Shown: positions 35,801 through 47,193, counted from the first letter of the whole stretch. The stretch is 63,592 bases of DNA, filler included, from Thraustochytrium aureum (GCA_012862495.1; 4 parts of 3 records of this genome joined end to end with filler, not necessarily neighbours in it); one strand, 5' to 3'. Notes: a model not told the origin generated them from the letters alone. Numbers and translations are program-made.

Positions 35801-36047
35801 GCGACCGCCCGAGCGGCTCGTCAAGCAGCGCACGCAGCTCGACGAACTCGTCGTCCTGGAAGTAGTCGAACAGTGAGGTGTCGCCACCAAACAGCTCCTC
35901 CCCAGTCGAGTTGAGAAAGTGATTGAGCGCCTTGAGTGGCTCAAGGCGCCACCGTTCCCCTACATTTTCCATCGGGTTGTGCACTGACATATCCGACCCC
36001 AGCCTCGACCCGCTCACATCCTTGCCCTTGCTCGACGTGCAGCCCAT
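32898..36047 (-). CDS. RGS-domain AGC kinase (GRK-like); intron 35176-35219; frameshifts near 34022 and 33690
   Basis: MGCTSSK lipidation-type start, then an RGS-like segment (ELRALLDEPLGRSHFL...). Kinase motifs: ILGKGGFGQV, YAMK, IIYRDLKPENVLL, LADMGLA, CGTPMY, DWFMLGV. AGC C-tail: PIFVP...FDNWDYI. Confidence 0.88.
35176..35219 (-). other. Probable short spliceosomal intron (44 nt)
   Basis: GAG|GTAAAC...GCAAACAG|GTT. Removal links ARGLE to VARRWQEASADD in the kinase frame. Confidence 0.65.
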
Positions 36048-36526
36048 GACGCCCACGCTCCTAGCGTGTCCGCGACGGCCTCGGTGGCGGCCTTCCGACG
36101 GTGAGGCACTGGGAGGCCGTCAGACCACGGCCAGGGCCCAAAAAACGCTCACCGAACACANNNNNNNNNNNNNNNNNNNNNNNNNNNNNNNNNNNNNNNN
36201 NNNNNNNNNNNNNNNNNNNNNNNNNNNNNNNNNNNNNNNNNNNNNNNNNNNNNNNNNNNNNNNNNNNNNNNNNNNNNNNNNNNNNNNNNNNNNNNNNNNN
36301 NNNNNNNNNNNNNNNNNNNNNNNNNNNNNNNNNNNNNNNNNNNNNNNNNNNNNNNNNNNNNNNNNNNNNNNNNNNNNNNNNNNNNNNNNNNNNNNNNNNN
36401 NNNNNNNNNNNNNNNNNNNNNNNNNNNNNNNNNNNNNNNNNNNNNNNNNNNNNNNNNNNNNNNNNNNNNNNNNNNNNNNNNNNNNNNNNNNNNNNNNNNN
36501 NNCTCGGTTTTGGGGTCGGGGTGGCC

Positions 36527-37827
36527 ATGTCGCGCGACCCGCAGGCGGCGCGGCGGAATGCGCCACGGGAGGCGCGGGACGGAGGCTCTGCCGCGACGGA
36601 CTTGTGGTCCAAGCGGATCTCGGTCGAAGGGAGGAGCATGTTCTTTGACGTCCGCGAGAACGAGCGGGGAAGGTACCTCAAGTTGACCGAGGTGAGCCCC
36701 AAACACGGCCGTTCCACGGTTCTTGTTTCGAAAGAGGTGCTGGCCGCGCTCGCTGCGTTGATCGACAAGGCGGTGGCTGGCCAGGTGGAGCTTGACCCCG
36801 AAACGCCTGCGAGCGATCTGGAGGGGCGCGGCGTTGCTGTTGCCTCCTCGTACTTGGAGTCCGCTCAGAAGAGGTACTATGTCGACTTGTTCGAGAACGC
36901 GTGGGGCCGCCTCATCAAGCTTGCAGAGGTCCAAGCCAGCCGCCCCCGCGCGGTCGTCGTGATCCCTGAGAGCGGATGGCTGCAGGTAAAGCGGCTTTTG
37001 CGCGAGGTCGTTGCAAAGTACCCCGACCTCGGCTGCGGTGAGCAGCCTCCGCCACAGGCGGTCGCGCCACCAGCCGCGCAGCTCGCTCCGACAAGCCTGC
37101 CAGCAAGCGCTCAGAAAGGTGACCCGGAGCATGTCGCGACGAAACCAGCAGAGCCGCGAGCGGCGCGCGTTCCTCCACCAGCGAGCTCAACGTCGGGGCC
37201 AGCTGCGGCTGGTGCAGCTGCGGCTGGTGCAGCTGCGGCTGGCTCGCTCGGCACGAGCGAGACCAAATCTTCGGGCGCCCCCCTCCCCAACCAGGCTACC
37301 GACGGGGCAGCGATGGGAGCGCTGCCAAGGAAAAGGCGCCGCGCGACGCGCAGATCCTGCTCACGCGCTCGCTGCATGTGGCGTCCAGGCGGTATTTCAT
37401 CGACCTGCAGCAAAACAGCTTGGGACTCTACGTGAAAGTCGCGCTGCTCGGCCGCGGGGTGCGGCTGACCGTTGTGTTTCCGAGCGAGCTGCTCGGCCCG
37501 CTCAGCCGCCTGCTGTCTGCATTTGTTGAAGGGGAGCTGGACAGGGCAGTCGAGGGGCTCGACACCGTCTCACTAACTCCCAAGCAGACGGAGACTGCCG
37601 CACGAACTGCGGGTGCCGAGGTATCGCGCTCGTTTCGGGCCGACAACGGCAAAACCTTCTACATGGACTTGTGCGAGAACTCCTTTGGGCGCTACATGCG
37701 CCTTTCTGAGGTGACTGCGCACCGTCGCAGCGCGGTGCAGATCCCAGACTCGCTCTTCGGGCCCTTTTGCGAGGCGCTCAAAGCATGCCTAGACCATGTC
37801 GCTCCAGCTAATAAAATAGACTCATGA
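36527..37827 (+). CDS. Pur-alpha-like (PUR/PurA) ssDNA/RNA-binding protein with four PUR repeats; frameshift near 37305
   Basis: Four copies of the PUR pattern: SKRI..RSMFFDVRENERGRYLKLTE; KRYYVDLFENAWGRLIKLAE; RRYFIDLQQNSLGLYVKVA; KTFYMDLCENSFGRYMRLSE. Confidence 0.9.
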
Positions 37828-38258
37828 CAGGCTCTGCATCGACCTGCCAGCTCGAGCTGGCTGCTGGATGAGTTTGCAAGCCGGACGGCAATAGATTCGA
37901 GCAAGCCGAACTTTTGCGCGGCCCGGCTGGCGGTCGCTCCAGAGACGCTGCTGCTGCCCGCAAAGCGCGCGATTTGTCTGACGCCGCGTGCGTTTTTGCG
38001 ATTATGTGCATGATTACCGGACAGGTGCCGGCGTGGAACCGAGCGTTTGTGCGTGCCTATGCCGCAGTGCGCAAAGCTCTCTTGCACCTCTAGCTAGTAG
38101 AGTAGGGTACTCTACAGAGAGCCAGCTGTCAATTGCTGGCTCTGAGTCAGGTTCCTGTGTCCCCAGAGCTTTCTTGGACTACCGACGAGCAGATAGATGC
38201 ATGTAAGTGATCACCAGTCACCAAACACCAATCGCGCGGAGGCGCCCCGGAAATCGCG

Positions 38259-39331
38259 ATGCTCTCTCTCGTCCTCCTCGCCACGCTCTTTGCCAGCACC
38301 AGCGCCTTCACCTTTGATGCGAAGGGGTGCGCCTTCTCGAGAATCCCCGAAGCGTGCACAATGTCGTTCCCAGCGGTTACAAACGTGCATGGTAGATGGT
38401 CCATGGCGGTCTGCAGGTCGGGCGCGCCGACCTCGGTCGTCCGCGCTGACATCAAGAACGGCGAGACCGTGCAAGACGTTTTCTACAGCTGCTACACACT
38501 TGTCCCTGGGTATGACACGTTCGTCGTCGAGGTCCGGCAGGTGCGGAAGAATGTCAGCTCGAGTTGCACTTTTACGCTCGCAAGTGGGTCGGCGACGAGC
38601 TTGTGGAGCGGCTGCAATACAAGGAGGAGGTCAGAGTGCTTTTCGGCGAGCCAGTCAAACTGCTGTATACCAACCCGGTCGGCTACGATCGCTTCCGCGT
38701 GGACGTAAAATGCCTGACATCAGGGGGGTGCAGTGGCGTCGGTGACTCTGAGGTTGGATATCTGCACCATCTGCGGTTCCAGTATACTGTCTTGCGTTTC
38801 GAGCCAAACACGTGCAGTTTTCCTGACAGTTGCCCCGAGTCGAGATTCTCCGTGGTGGAAAAGTGCGCTGGGTCGCCAGCATGTTCTATGTCGTCCTTTT
38901 CGACGACGGAGTGCTGCCCTGACACCAAAACGTACTATTTGAACGAGAGACGTTGCAGCGCGCGGCAGGTATGCACTGAGCCCGCGGCCACAAGCAGACC
39001 GACCCGTTTCCCCACCCCGGCGCCAACAACGCTCAGCCCGACGTCTGGGCCGACGACGGGAACGCCGACTCGTGACCCGACAACGGCCGCCCCGAGTCCT
39101 CAGCCAACATGGCGCCCGACCCGCCCGACCCGCTCGCCGGTGGAGCCCGAAGATGACGAGGGGACGAGAAGCGCGGCTTTGGTGGTCGTTTACGTTGTGG
39201 GGGCTGGCGCGCTCGCTTTTACGTGCTTTTGCATAAAGCAGAGCTTTGCCAGCGTCCAAGTCGACCTGGGGACGAGCGGTGCTGGGCTCGTTGTGGCCAC
39301 GGAAGTCGGAGCGCAGGAGATTAAGGTGTGA
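38259..39331 (+). CDS. Type I membrane surface protein (signal peptide, Cys-rich ectodomain, Pro/Thr stalk, TM); frameshift near 38555
   Basis: Signal peptide MLSLVLLATLFASTSA, Cys-rich middle, PTxxPT repeats, TM ALVVVYVVGAGALAFTCFCI. The ORFs join at AAT GT[C] CAG CTC GAG. Confidence 0.78.
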
Positions 39332-40106
39332 TCGAGGCAAACCGGCAGCTCTCAACGACGGTTCCGACACACGCGAGGACGAGGATGCTGCTGCCGAGGA
39401 CGTGTTGCTCTGTGCTCCTCGAGTTCATTCCAAGAACCAGCAACGACACTTTCAAAAAAAAAACCAATTGCCTTGCCTTTGCTTGCGAACTCGTTGACGT
39501 TGCTCGGCCCGCGATGCGAAAGAGCGCTCGCCATTGATGAGCCGCCGCAGCCGCTCAGGCCGCATATTTGGGGATTGCCTGCAGCGCGTCAGCAGCCACC
39601 AACGTGCTCGGACGCGCGACTGGAGTCCGCCAGCCATGAATGCACCCTGAGGGAAGGGCGGTCCCTTGGCATCGACTTGATGTTTTCAGGCCGCCAAAGG
39701 ACGCAGCGCAGTCTTCAGGAGAGTCTGCTGATGGATCTTTCCGAGCGCAAGCCCCTACACGTCGCGCTGCCGCACTGCACGCCGCCCGATGAAGCATATG
39801 GCCGCAGGACACTCTTCGAACGAGTTGGTTTGCTCGAAAGTCGGCCGAGTTTTGGCGGTTTTCGCACTTTTCCACAGCAGAGCCGCCAGACGCACAGNNN
39901 NNNNNNNNNNNNNNNNNNNNNNNNNNNNNNNNNNNNNNNNNNNNNNNNNNNNNNNNNNNNNNNNNNNNNNNNNNNNNNNNNNNNNNNNNNNNNNNNNNNN
40001 NNNNNNNNNNNNNNNNNNNNNNNNNNNNNNNNNNNNNNNNNNNNNNNNNNNNNNNNNNNNNNNNNNNNNNNNNNCGATTGGCTGGGACTCGCAGATCGCG
40101 CGGGCC

Positions 40107-41691
40107 ATGGACGACGCGGAAGAGCTTGCCGCACGCTTCGTGCGGCACCTCCACGCGCTGGGGTACCCGGGAGCAGGGGTGAAGGACGCGGCTGGGGCCG
40201 CCGACCTTGCCTTTTGGTTCGATGCCAGGCGGACTGGGGTGCAGGCGTTCTTGCACTGGGTCGAGCGAGGCGTTAGCCCCAGGTGCTCGCTGGCGCACGA
40301 GCTCAGACCCTGCGAACTAGCGGCGGCCAAACGGAGACTCGCGCAGGGAAAGCCGCTGCTCGAGGGCCAAGCGCTTCGACGTGCGCTCGAGGCGCTCAAG
40401 CTCGACCAGGGCGGCGGCGACCAGGCTCCGCACAAGCACTCGTCGTCAACGGAACAGGCCTTGGCGCTCCGTGCAGAGGGCCTGCAGCGGCGCAAGGCTG
40501 TCTTGGCCCGGCAGGTTGAGATGGCCAGAGCACGCGCCAGGCGCTCGGCAAGCTTGCGGGCAGAGCGTGTGGCAGACCTCGACGGCGCGTGGGCGCGGCT
40601 TGCCGAGGCCCACGCCGCGCTTCGAGCCAAGCTCGACGGCGTCGAGCGCCTCGCCTCCGACCTTCAAGAGCGCTGCTCGCGCCACGGAAGGCGGTTCGCC
40701 TGGCAGCGCATGGCACAACGTCGCTCACTCGCGCATGCGCAAGGTGACCCGCTGAGCGTACCCGACACTTTGGCAAGGCGGCTTGACTCCGCAAGCCGGC
40801 GACGGGCGAGCCGCCGCGCCGCAGCAGAGCCCACAGAAGCGCGAAAGGCGGCGCTGCAGCGGCTAGGGCGTGCGCGCTTCGCAGTGGCGTGCGCCTCCAT
40901 CGACCGCGCTGCGTTGGAGGCCCAGCTGCGGGCGTCGCGCGGAGGGGCTGGCGAGCACAGCAGGACGGTTTGTGACGAGAACACAGCCCCAAACATGCCG
41001 AGCCCGGGTCCGGGTCCCGGCTGAGCCCCAAGAGGAGGCGAACGCGCGTGTCGCGGCGTCAGTGAAGCAGGTGCAGCAAGTCGCGCTGCGAATAGCGGAC
41101 TTGTGGCCTTGGCAGCACGAGCTGAGCGCCTGTGTCGCAGAGAGCGACGCGATCGCGGCCCAAGTGGCTGGCGCAAAGCAAGTGCAGGCCGCTCTTGAGC
41201 ACAGCGTGGCCGCGCTCCAGGGTCTCGTTGCGGGGCTGGGGGCGGAGGCGGAGGCTCTTCGCCGAGCCGCGGACGGGCTCGTCGGACTGCAAGATTTCGT
41301 GAGCGCTCTGCAGCGCGATCTGCCCGAGCGGCTCCAAGACGAGCATGACCTGGCACAGCAAAAGGCGCGCGTTGTGTGGGCCTGTTTGCCCAGGCGAGGC
41401 GACGCCGCAGAAACTGGCCTCCAGCTTCCGGAAAAGGCGAGCGCGCTCACGAAGCGGCTCGCTGGAGACGTTGAGCGCCTCGCTGCCTTCGACCGGCAGT
41501 TGCGGAAGCTGCACCTCGAGGTCGCAATCGCGCAGAAGAGGCTTGAGATCGACGCGCGCCAGCTCTTCGGGAGCGCGCTCGACGCAATGCACAAGAAGGC
41601 GAATTTGGAGCAGTCGCTTGCGAGCGAGCCGGACCGCTCGAGGTACCGGCAGGCGTTCCTGGAGTTTTATCTTGCGTACTCGGGGACTTGA
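40107..41691 (+). CDS. HAUS3: HAUS augmin-like complex subunit 3; frameshift near 40950-41020
   Basis: N-terminus FVRHLHALGYP...DLAFWF...FLHWV...GKPLLEGQALRRAL matches the HAUS3 N-terminal domain. Coiled-coil remainder ends in FLEFY. Confidence 0.72.
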
Positions 41692-41888
41692 TCTCTAGAG
41701 CGCGCGGAGCGCGTATGCGCAGCGATCGCATGTATTTTTATCGGTTGGTAGATCCCGCAACAAAGATGGCGACTTGCTGCGTTGCGTCTCGCCGTTTTCG
41801 GCGAAGCCTTGTCGAGTCCGCGAGAGGGCGCGCGCCGGGGTGCCGTTGCCGCTGCTCGCGGAGAGCAGTAGAGTTGAGCGTGAGAGCC

Positions 41889-43135
41889 TCACTGCGCAAC
41901 CACACTGACTCCGAGCTGGCCGGGCGCTGCGCGAACCTTTAGCTCACGGTCATCTGCGACGGTTGCGAGGAGCTTGCCATCCAAGCTCTGAACCGTTGCC
42001 AAGAACCGTGCGCCGCCAGAGTGGAGCGCGATCCTTGGCGGGGCGGTGCAGGCGCCGAGCAGGACAGCCGGATCGGACGACGGCCACGGAGCTAGGAAAG
42101 GCTCAAGGGCCGTTGTGTTCGCCGTGAACGTGCCGAATTTTACTTTGTACGCGTGCTCGGCGTAGTACACGGCCATGGCGACCTGGCGCAAGGTCCATTG
42201 CGGGTAATCGAGGCCGCTCCCTGGCCCGGGCGATGGGGTTGCCCCTGCGAAACTGCGTTGTTGGCTTGCGGATGGGTCTGCAAATCCCAGCAAGCCCCAG
42301 CGCTCGGGACGGTGCATGTCCACGACGCCTTGCGGCGACCAGACCCAGTTGTCTTCCGGTATGCCGAGGCGCTTCTTGAAAGTGTTGGAGCGCTTGTCAA
42401 CCGTGACCTGCCACTCTACGCGGCTAAAGTTTATTCGCCAAACGACGCCCGGGGCCGGGGTTTGGGCGTCGGGCTGCCCTTCCATCAGGCTGCGCAACGG
42501 CAACGCGATCTCGACCGTCCAATAGTCGGCGCTATTCGCGCGCTTGGGGGTCGTTCACGGCCCCGACCACGCGCGTGGCGCTGGCCATCCCGCGCCAAGC
42601 ATGTCGAACCCTGCACCGCCGAGGACGCGCGAGCTGTTCTCGGTGCCACCGTCCATGTAGGGCTTGTCCAGGAGCAGGTCCCAGGTCGCGTTCAGCGCGT
42701 TGACCTCAAACTCTTTGTAAGCGTGGGTGGACCCGGCAGGGTCTACGAACACCTCAAAGTCGTTGTCGTGGAAAATCACCTGGTCGCCCGAGGCGCTGCT
42801 GTTGCAGTGGCAAGTGCTGGAGATGTTGGCCCAAATCTGCGGCTCGTGCACGACGGCCGCGAGATAGAGGAAACCATCGTCCCAAGCTATTTTGGCAGCG
42901 GTGCGGAACCGCGGGGTCTCCCTGGTGGCGATATCCACAAAGTCGCTTGTCCACGGCGCTCGTTGCCAGACCTCCTCGTCGAGCCAGCCGTCGACTGCGA
43001 CGCGGTGGCTGGCCTCGACCTTGCTCGCAACGTACTCGCGCGGCCGCGTCGCCGCAAATGAACAATCTAACGGGAGCCCTGTGGCGCGCGCGCCGAGAAT
43101 AATGCAAGCGGCGAGCCGAGCTTTCGTTCCCCCAT
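41889..43135 (-). CDS. Secreted CBM9-like carbohydrate-binding protein; frameshift near 42590 (probably also near 43128)
   Basis: VDGWLDEEVWQRAPWTSDFVDI, IFHDNDFEVFVDP, YKEFEVNALNATWDL, WTVEIALP, WRINFSRVEW, EDNWVWSPQGVVDMHRPERWG. Confidence 0.85.
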
Positions 43136-43893
43136 AGCGCGAGCGAGTCGCCGCCTTGCCTCTGCACATGCTTCAGCGCGCGGCCGATCCGCCCGCAAAT
43201 GGCAAGAGTGTTGCTACAGAGCAGTACGGCGTTGCGAGCAGCACGCCACGGGCCCGAGGCCACTGCGCGAACCAATTGGCCCGTCCTGCGCCGCACATGG
43301 ACGCAAAAGGCGTCTGCTCCGGTCGAGCCCGTTCCCTCTCGCAGCCGCCTGCGTCACCGTTCCCCCGCGCTGACGAGCCCGTCGCCGACAGCACTGCCAC
43401 GTCAGCACAGCCCCCCCCACTGACGCCTCCAACGTCCCCCGTCACGCATCAAACCCCCTCCATGACGTACAACGAACGCGCTCGCCCCAACCCACCGCGT
43501 CACCCCCGCGCGATCCTCGTCACGCCCCACAACCCTAACCCNNNNNNNNNNNNNNNNNNNNNNNNNNNNNNNNNNNNNNNNNNNNNNNNNNNNNNNNNNN
43601 NNNNNNNNNNNNNNNNNNNNNNNNNNNNNNNNNNNNNNNNNNNNNNNNNNNNNNNNNNNNNNNNNNNNNNNNNNNNNNNNNNNNNNNNNNNNNNNNNNNN
43701 NNNNNNNNNNNNNNNNNNNNNNNNNNNNNNNNNNNNNNNNNNNNNNNNNNNNNNNNNNNNNNNNNNNNNNNNNNNNNNNNNNNNNNNNNNNNNNNNNNNN
43801 NNNNNNNNNNNNNNNNNNNNNNNNNNNNNNNNNNNNNNNNNNNNNNNNNNNNNNNNNNNNNNNNNNNNNNNNNNNNNNNNNNNNNNNNNNNNN

Positions 43894-43926
43894 NGATGGA
43901 TGGATGGATGGATGGATGGATGGGAT
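43894..43926. repeat. (GATG)n microsatellite at gap edge
   Basis: Direct reading. Confidence 0.9.
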
Positions 43927-44039
43927 GCGCAGTGGTGGCTGCTGGGTTGTTGGCGCAGCTGGGTACGAGGCCGCGACGGCTCGCTGACGCGCGTGGGCAC
44001 GCACGCACCGCATGATGGAACGCAGGGAGGGCAAGGAGA

Positions 44040-44543
44040 ATGCTGCGCAGTGCGGTTGTCGCCCGGCGGTTTGCCGCCCGGTCGTATGACTTTGCCAAGG
44101 CTGCGAGCAAGCTGACCTCGACGGAGGCCAAGGCTGAGCTCGCGGCTCTGCGCGCCGCGCACGCCGACCTGATGCACGAAATTAAAGCCGCCGAGGCCCC
44201 CATTGCGCCCATTGACTGGGCTTCGTACAAGAGCAAGGTTGGGGACCCGAGCGTCGTGGCGGCCTACGAAGAGGCCTTCAACGCCGCGGTGCTGCCGACG
44301 TACGTCAACGAGCTCACCGGCGAGGCCGACAAGTTGCTGAACGAGCTCGTGGGAGAGGCCAGCGAAATGAAGACCCGGGCCGAGAAGCGCGCCGCGGAGC
44401 TTTCGCAGATGCTCGTCACCCTCGAAAGCAACCTGACCACGAAAGACACCACCATCGACGACATCGCCGCGCGCTACCCGGAGCTCGAGGCGGAGACCAT
44501 GAACGAGATCAAGAAGGAGGAGTACTTCAAGGACACCCTTTAA
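44040..44543 (+). CDS. ATP5PD: Mitochondrial ATP synthase subunit d
   Basis: Arg-rich presequence, PIDWASYKSKV, and TTIDDIAARYPELEAETMNEIKKEEY. Length and strong codon bias fit. Confidence 0.85.
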   Translation: MLRSAVVARRFAARSYDFAKAASKLTSTEAKAELAALRAAHADLMHEIKAAEAPIAPIDWASYKSKVGDPSVVAAYEEAFNAAVLPTYVNELTGEADKLLNELVGEASEMKTRAEKRAAELSQMLVTLESNLTTKDTTIDDIAARYPELEAETMNEIKKEEYFKDTL

Positions 44544-44598
44544 ATTTTTAAAAAGCCAACAAAATAGTTTCTTGATCGTGCCCCTGTTGCTGGCGCAC

Positions 44599-46503
44599 TC
44601 ACTGAGCAAACACCTTTTCCAAGAGCGCCCGAGCCTTGCTGGCAATCAGTTCGTCGCCTTCAACGACCCGCCGCCAGGCTGGGCTCTGTGCGGCCCTTGC
44701 CGCAGACCCGTTCGAGGCCGCGGTTCGCGACGGCACCGCGAGTCCGGCGTCCGCGGCAGCCCTTGTTGGGCAGCTGCTCTTGAGCAAAAAGGTGACACGG
44801 CCGAGGCGCGCAGAGGCGCTGCGGTGGGCGATCGACGCCAGGGCAGCTTTGGTGGCCCGAAACAGGCGCGCGACGGCCTTCGGGTTGAGCCTCGTGCGCT
44901 CGAAACGCCCCTCCTGCACCGCCTCGGCCTCTTGCTGCAACGCTGAAGCCTCCAAGACCCACTCGCGCAGGGGAATGATGACGTGCGCCGCGCCAAGGGC
45001 CGCGGCGTGCTCGACGACCGCGCGGATGGCCTCCTCGCGCTTTGTCGACGCCGCGTGGATGGCGCAGTTGATGCCCAGCCCCAGGTTGGAGTGCCAAGTG
45101 ACGTGGGCGACCTCTTCGCCCGCGAGGCCGCCCCGTTTCGTCATCGGCTTCGCTGTTGCGTTCTCAAAGTGCAGCTCGGCGCAGTGTTGCGAGGCGGCAC
45201 TGAACCGGTCGTTCACGCACGAGTCCGCGCGCTCGCCGCGAGGCAGGGCTAGGGCAACAACGGCTGCCTTTCCAGAGTACAGGTCCTCTAGGCGACTGCG
45301 GCGCCACTCGAGGTAGGCGCCGGAGGGCTGGTCCGCGTCCAAGCTCGGCGCATCCGCGATCGCCCAAAGCACGCCGCCGACGACCACATCGATGCCGACT
45401 CGAAACAGCGCTTTGAGCTGCGCACCTAGGAACGCCTCGATAGACTCGGCAGCGGTAGTTTGCGGCGACGACAGCACCTGCGCTCGGCCTGCGCGCTCCA
45501 GCGCCGCGTCCTTCTCTGCGCTCACAAAGCTGTTTACCCAGTTTCCGCCCACGAACTTGGACATCATCGACCCGAGAGCCGCGCCGCCCGCGAGGGCGTC
45601 TGCTGCACCATCCCCTGGGCTCAGAAGCAAAGCTCCCAGGCCCTGCGATCGGAGAGACTTCCAGCGACCTGGATGCGCTGCGCCGAAAGGCGCTACACCT
45701 ACCGCATCCACCGCGACCGCGTTGCTAGCCCCGTTGGGTCCCGCCCGGCGCTCAGACGCACTACCCGGCTCGACCCTGGGGCTGCCCGGCCCCTCCTTTG
45801 CACCCAGCTCGGCGCCGCCCAGCTCGGCTCCGTGGGCGCGCGGATCGGCCCTCCCCTCCTCCCCAGCAGGTCGAAACGCAGTCTCGCCAACAAGTGACAG
45901 CAGCAGCGACCGGTGTTCCTGGATGTGCCGACCCCGCAAGAGTTCCACCTCGCGAGCGTGCGCCGCGTCGAGCTGCTCTAAGGCAGTCACGTGGCCGAGC
46001 CCAAGCTTCTCGACGTCCGACTCGGTCACCCCATGTCCCCCTGCCAGCGACTCGCACATGAACTGCATCTCGTGCAGCTGGACGTCTCGAAGCTTGCGCT
46101 TGACGGCGCGCGCCTCGCGCTCCATCGCGAGGATCTGCCGCGAGCATCGGATCTCGTGCTTGCAGACCTTCACGAGCAGCTGGTCGTCCTTGAGTGCGGC
46201 GCGCATTGCCTGGCGGCAAACGATGTCGCGCTCGCTGCGGACTTCGTTCCGAAACCAGACCGGCAGCCGCCCGTCCAAAGCCGCGAACCGGAGACGCTGG
46301 CCGGCCTCACGGCGAGCAACAAGGTGCGCCCAGCGCTCTGCACCGGCTTCGAATGTCGAGCTCTGGCCAACCGCGCGCTCAAGCAGCTCTGCGTCGTAGG
46401 CGCCGGTGCTCACGAGATGTTGGTTGAGTCCGGCGCGAAGCCGCTCGCTGACCTGCCACGCGATCCTCTCTCGCTGGATAGCCTCCTCGAGTTGGTGTAC
46501 CAT
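44599..46503 (-). CDS. FERRY3 / C12orf4 (DUF2362)-like protein
   Basis: ESIEAFLGAQLK, LEDLYSG, AELHFE and HVTWHSNL..HA resemble the conserved C12orf4 blocks (LGAQLK, LYS, TDFHF, TRHSNL). The gene probably extends upstream across the gap. Confidence 0.68.
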   Translation of the reverse strand: MVHQLEEAIQRERIAWQVSERLRAGLNQHLVSTGAYDAELLERAVGQSSTFEAGAERWAHLVARREAGQRLRFAALDGRLPVWFRNEVRSERDIVCRQAMRAALKDDQLLVKVCKHEIRCSRQILAMEREARAVKRKLRDVQLHEMQFMCESLAGGHGVTESDVEKLGLGHVTALEQLDAAHAREVELLRGRHIQEHRSLLLSLVGETAFRPAGEEGRADPRAHGAELGGAELGAKEGPGSPRVEPGSASERRAGPNGASNAVAVDAVGVAPFGAAHPGRWKSLRSQGLGALLLSPGDGAADALAGGAALGSMMSKFVGGNWVNSFVSAEKDAALERAGRAQVLSSPQTTAAESIEAFLGAQLKALFRVGIDVVVGGVLWAIADAPSLDADQPSGAYLEWRRSRLEDLYSGKAAVVALALPRGERADSCVNDRFSAASQHCAELHFENATAKPMTKRGGLAGEEVAHVTWHSNLGLGINCAIHAASTKREEAIRAVVEHAAALGAAHVIIPLREWVLEASALQQEAEAVQEGRFERTRLNPKAVARLFRATKAALASIAHRSASARLGRVTFLLKSSCPTRAAADAGLAVPSRTAASNGSAARAAQSPAWRRVVEGDELIASKARALLEKVFAQ

Positions 46504-47193
46504 GTCTCGGGCTCCGGTGCGACAAAGCCGAACGCCAACTGCCGTCGCGCCGTTCCCTTTGGCAACGATGGCAACGTCGGCAGGGCGTCCGTGCTTTCTG
46601 TCGTTGCGGCTCGGCCAGGAGTCGAGCGCGTCGTCTCGGGCTCATTCTCGGCCGCGGCCTCGGCGGCAGCATCAGTCTCGGGCGCGCTCCTTGATTCGGG
46701 CGGCTCTGTCGTCTCGGGCCCGTCCCTTGCTTTGGTCCCAGAATCGGTTCCCCGTTTANNNNNNNNNNNNNNNNNNNNNNNNNNNNNNNNNNNNNNNNNN
46801 NNNNNNNNNNNNNNNNNNNNNNNNNNNNNNNNNNNNNNNNNNNNNNNNNNNNNNNNNNNNNNNNNNNNNNNNNNNNNNNNNNNNNNNNNNNNNNNNNNNN
46901 NNNNNNNNNNNNNNNNNNNNNNNNNNNNNNNNNNNNNNNNNNNNNNNNNNNNNNNNNNNNNNNNNNNNNNNNNNNNNNNNNNNNNNNNNNNNNNNNNNNN
47001 NNNNNNNNNNNNNNNNNNNNNNNNNNNNNNNNNNNNNNNNNNNNNNNNNNNNNNNNNNNNNNNNNNNNNNNNNNNNNNNNNNNNNNNNNNNNNNNNNNNN
47101 NNNNNNNNNNNNNNNNNNNNNNNNNNNNNNNNNNNNNNNNNNNNNNNNNNNNNNNNNNNNNNNNNNNNNNNNNNNNNNNNNNNNNNNNNNNNN

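Noticed and set aside
15634..36056. Functional cilia gene cluster (IFT172, CCDC77, ARL13-like)
   Set aside because: ARL13-like lies on a different scaffold piece, and unrelated genes are interspersed.
43531..43541. AACCCTAACCC as a true telomere
   Set aside because: Fewer than two units are visible, and genes flank both sides. It is noted only as a possible promoter motif.
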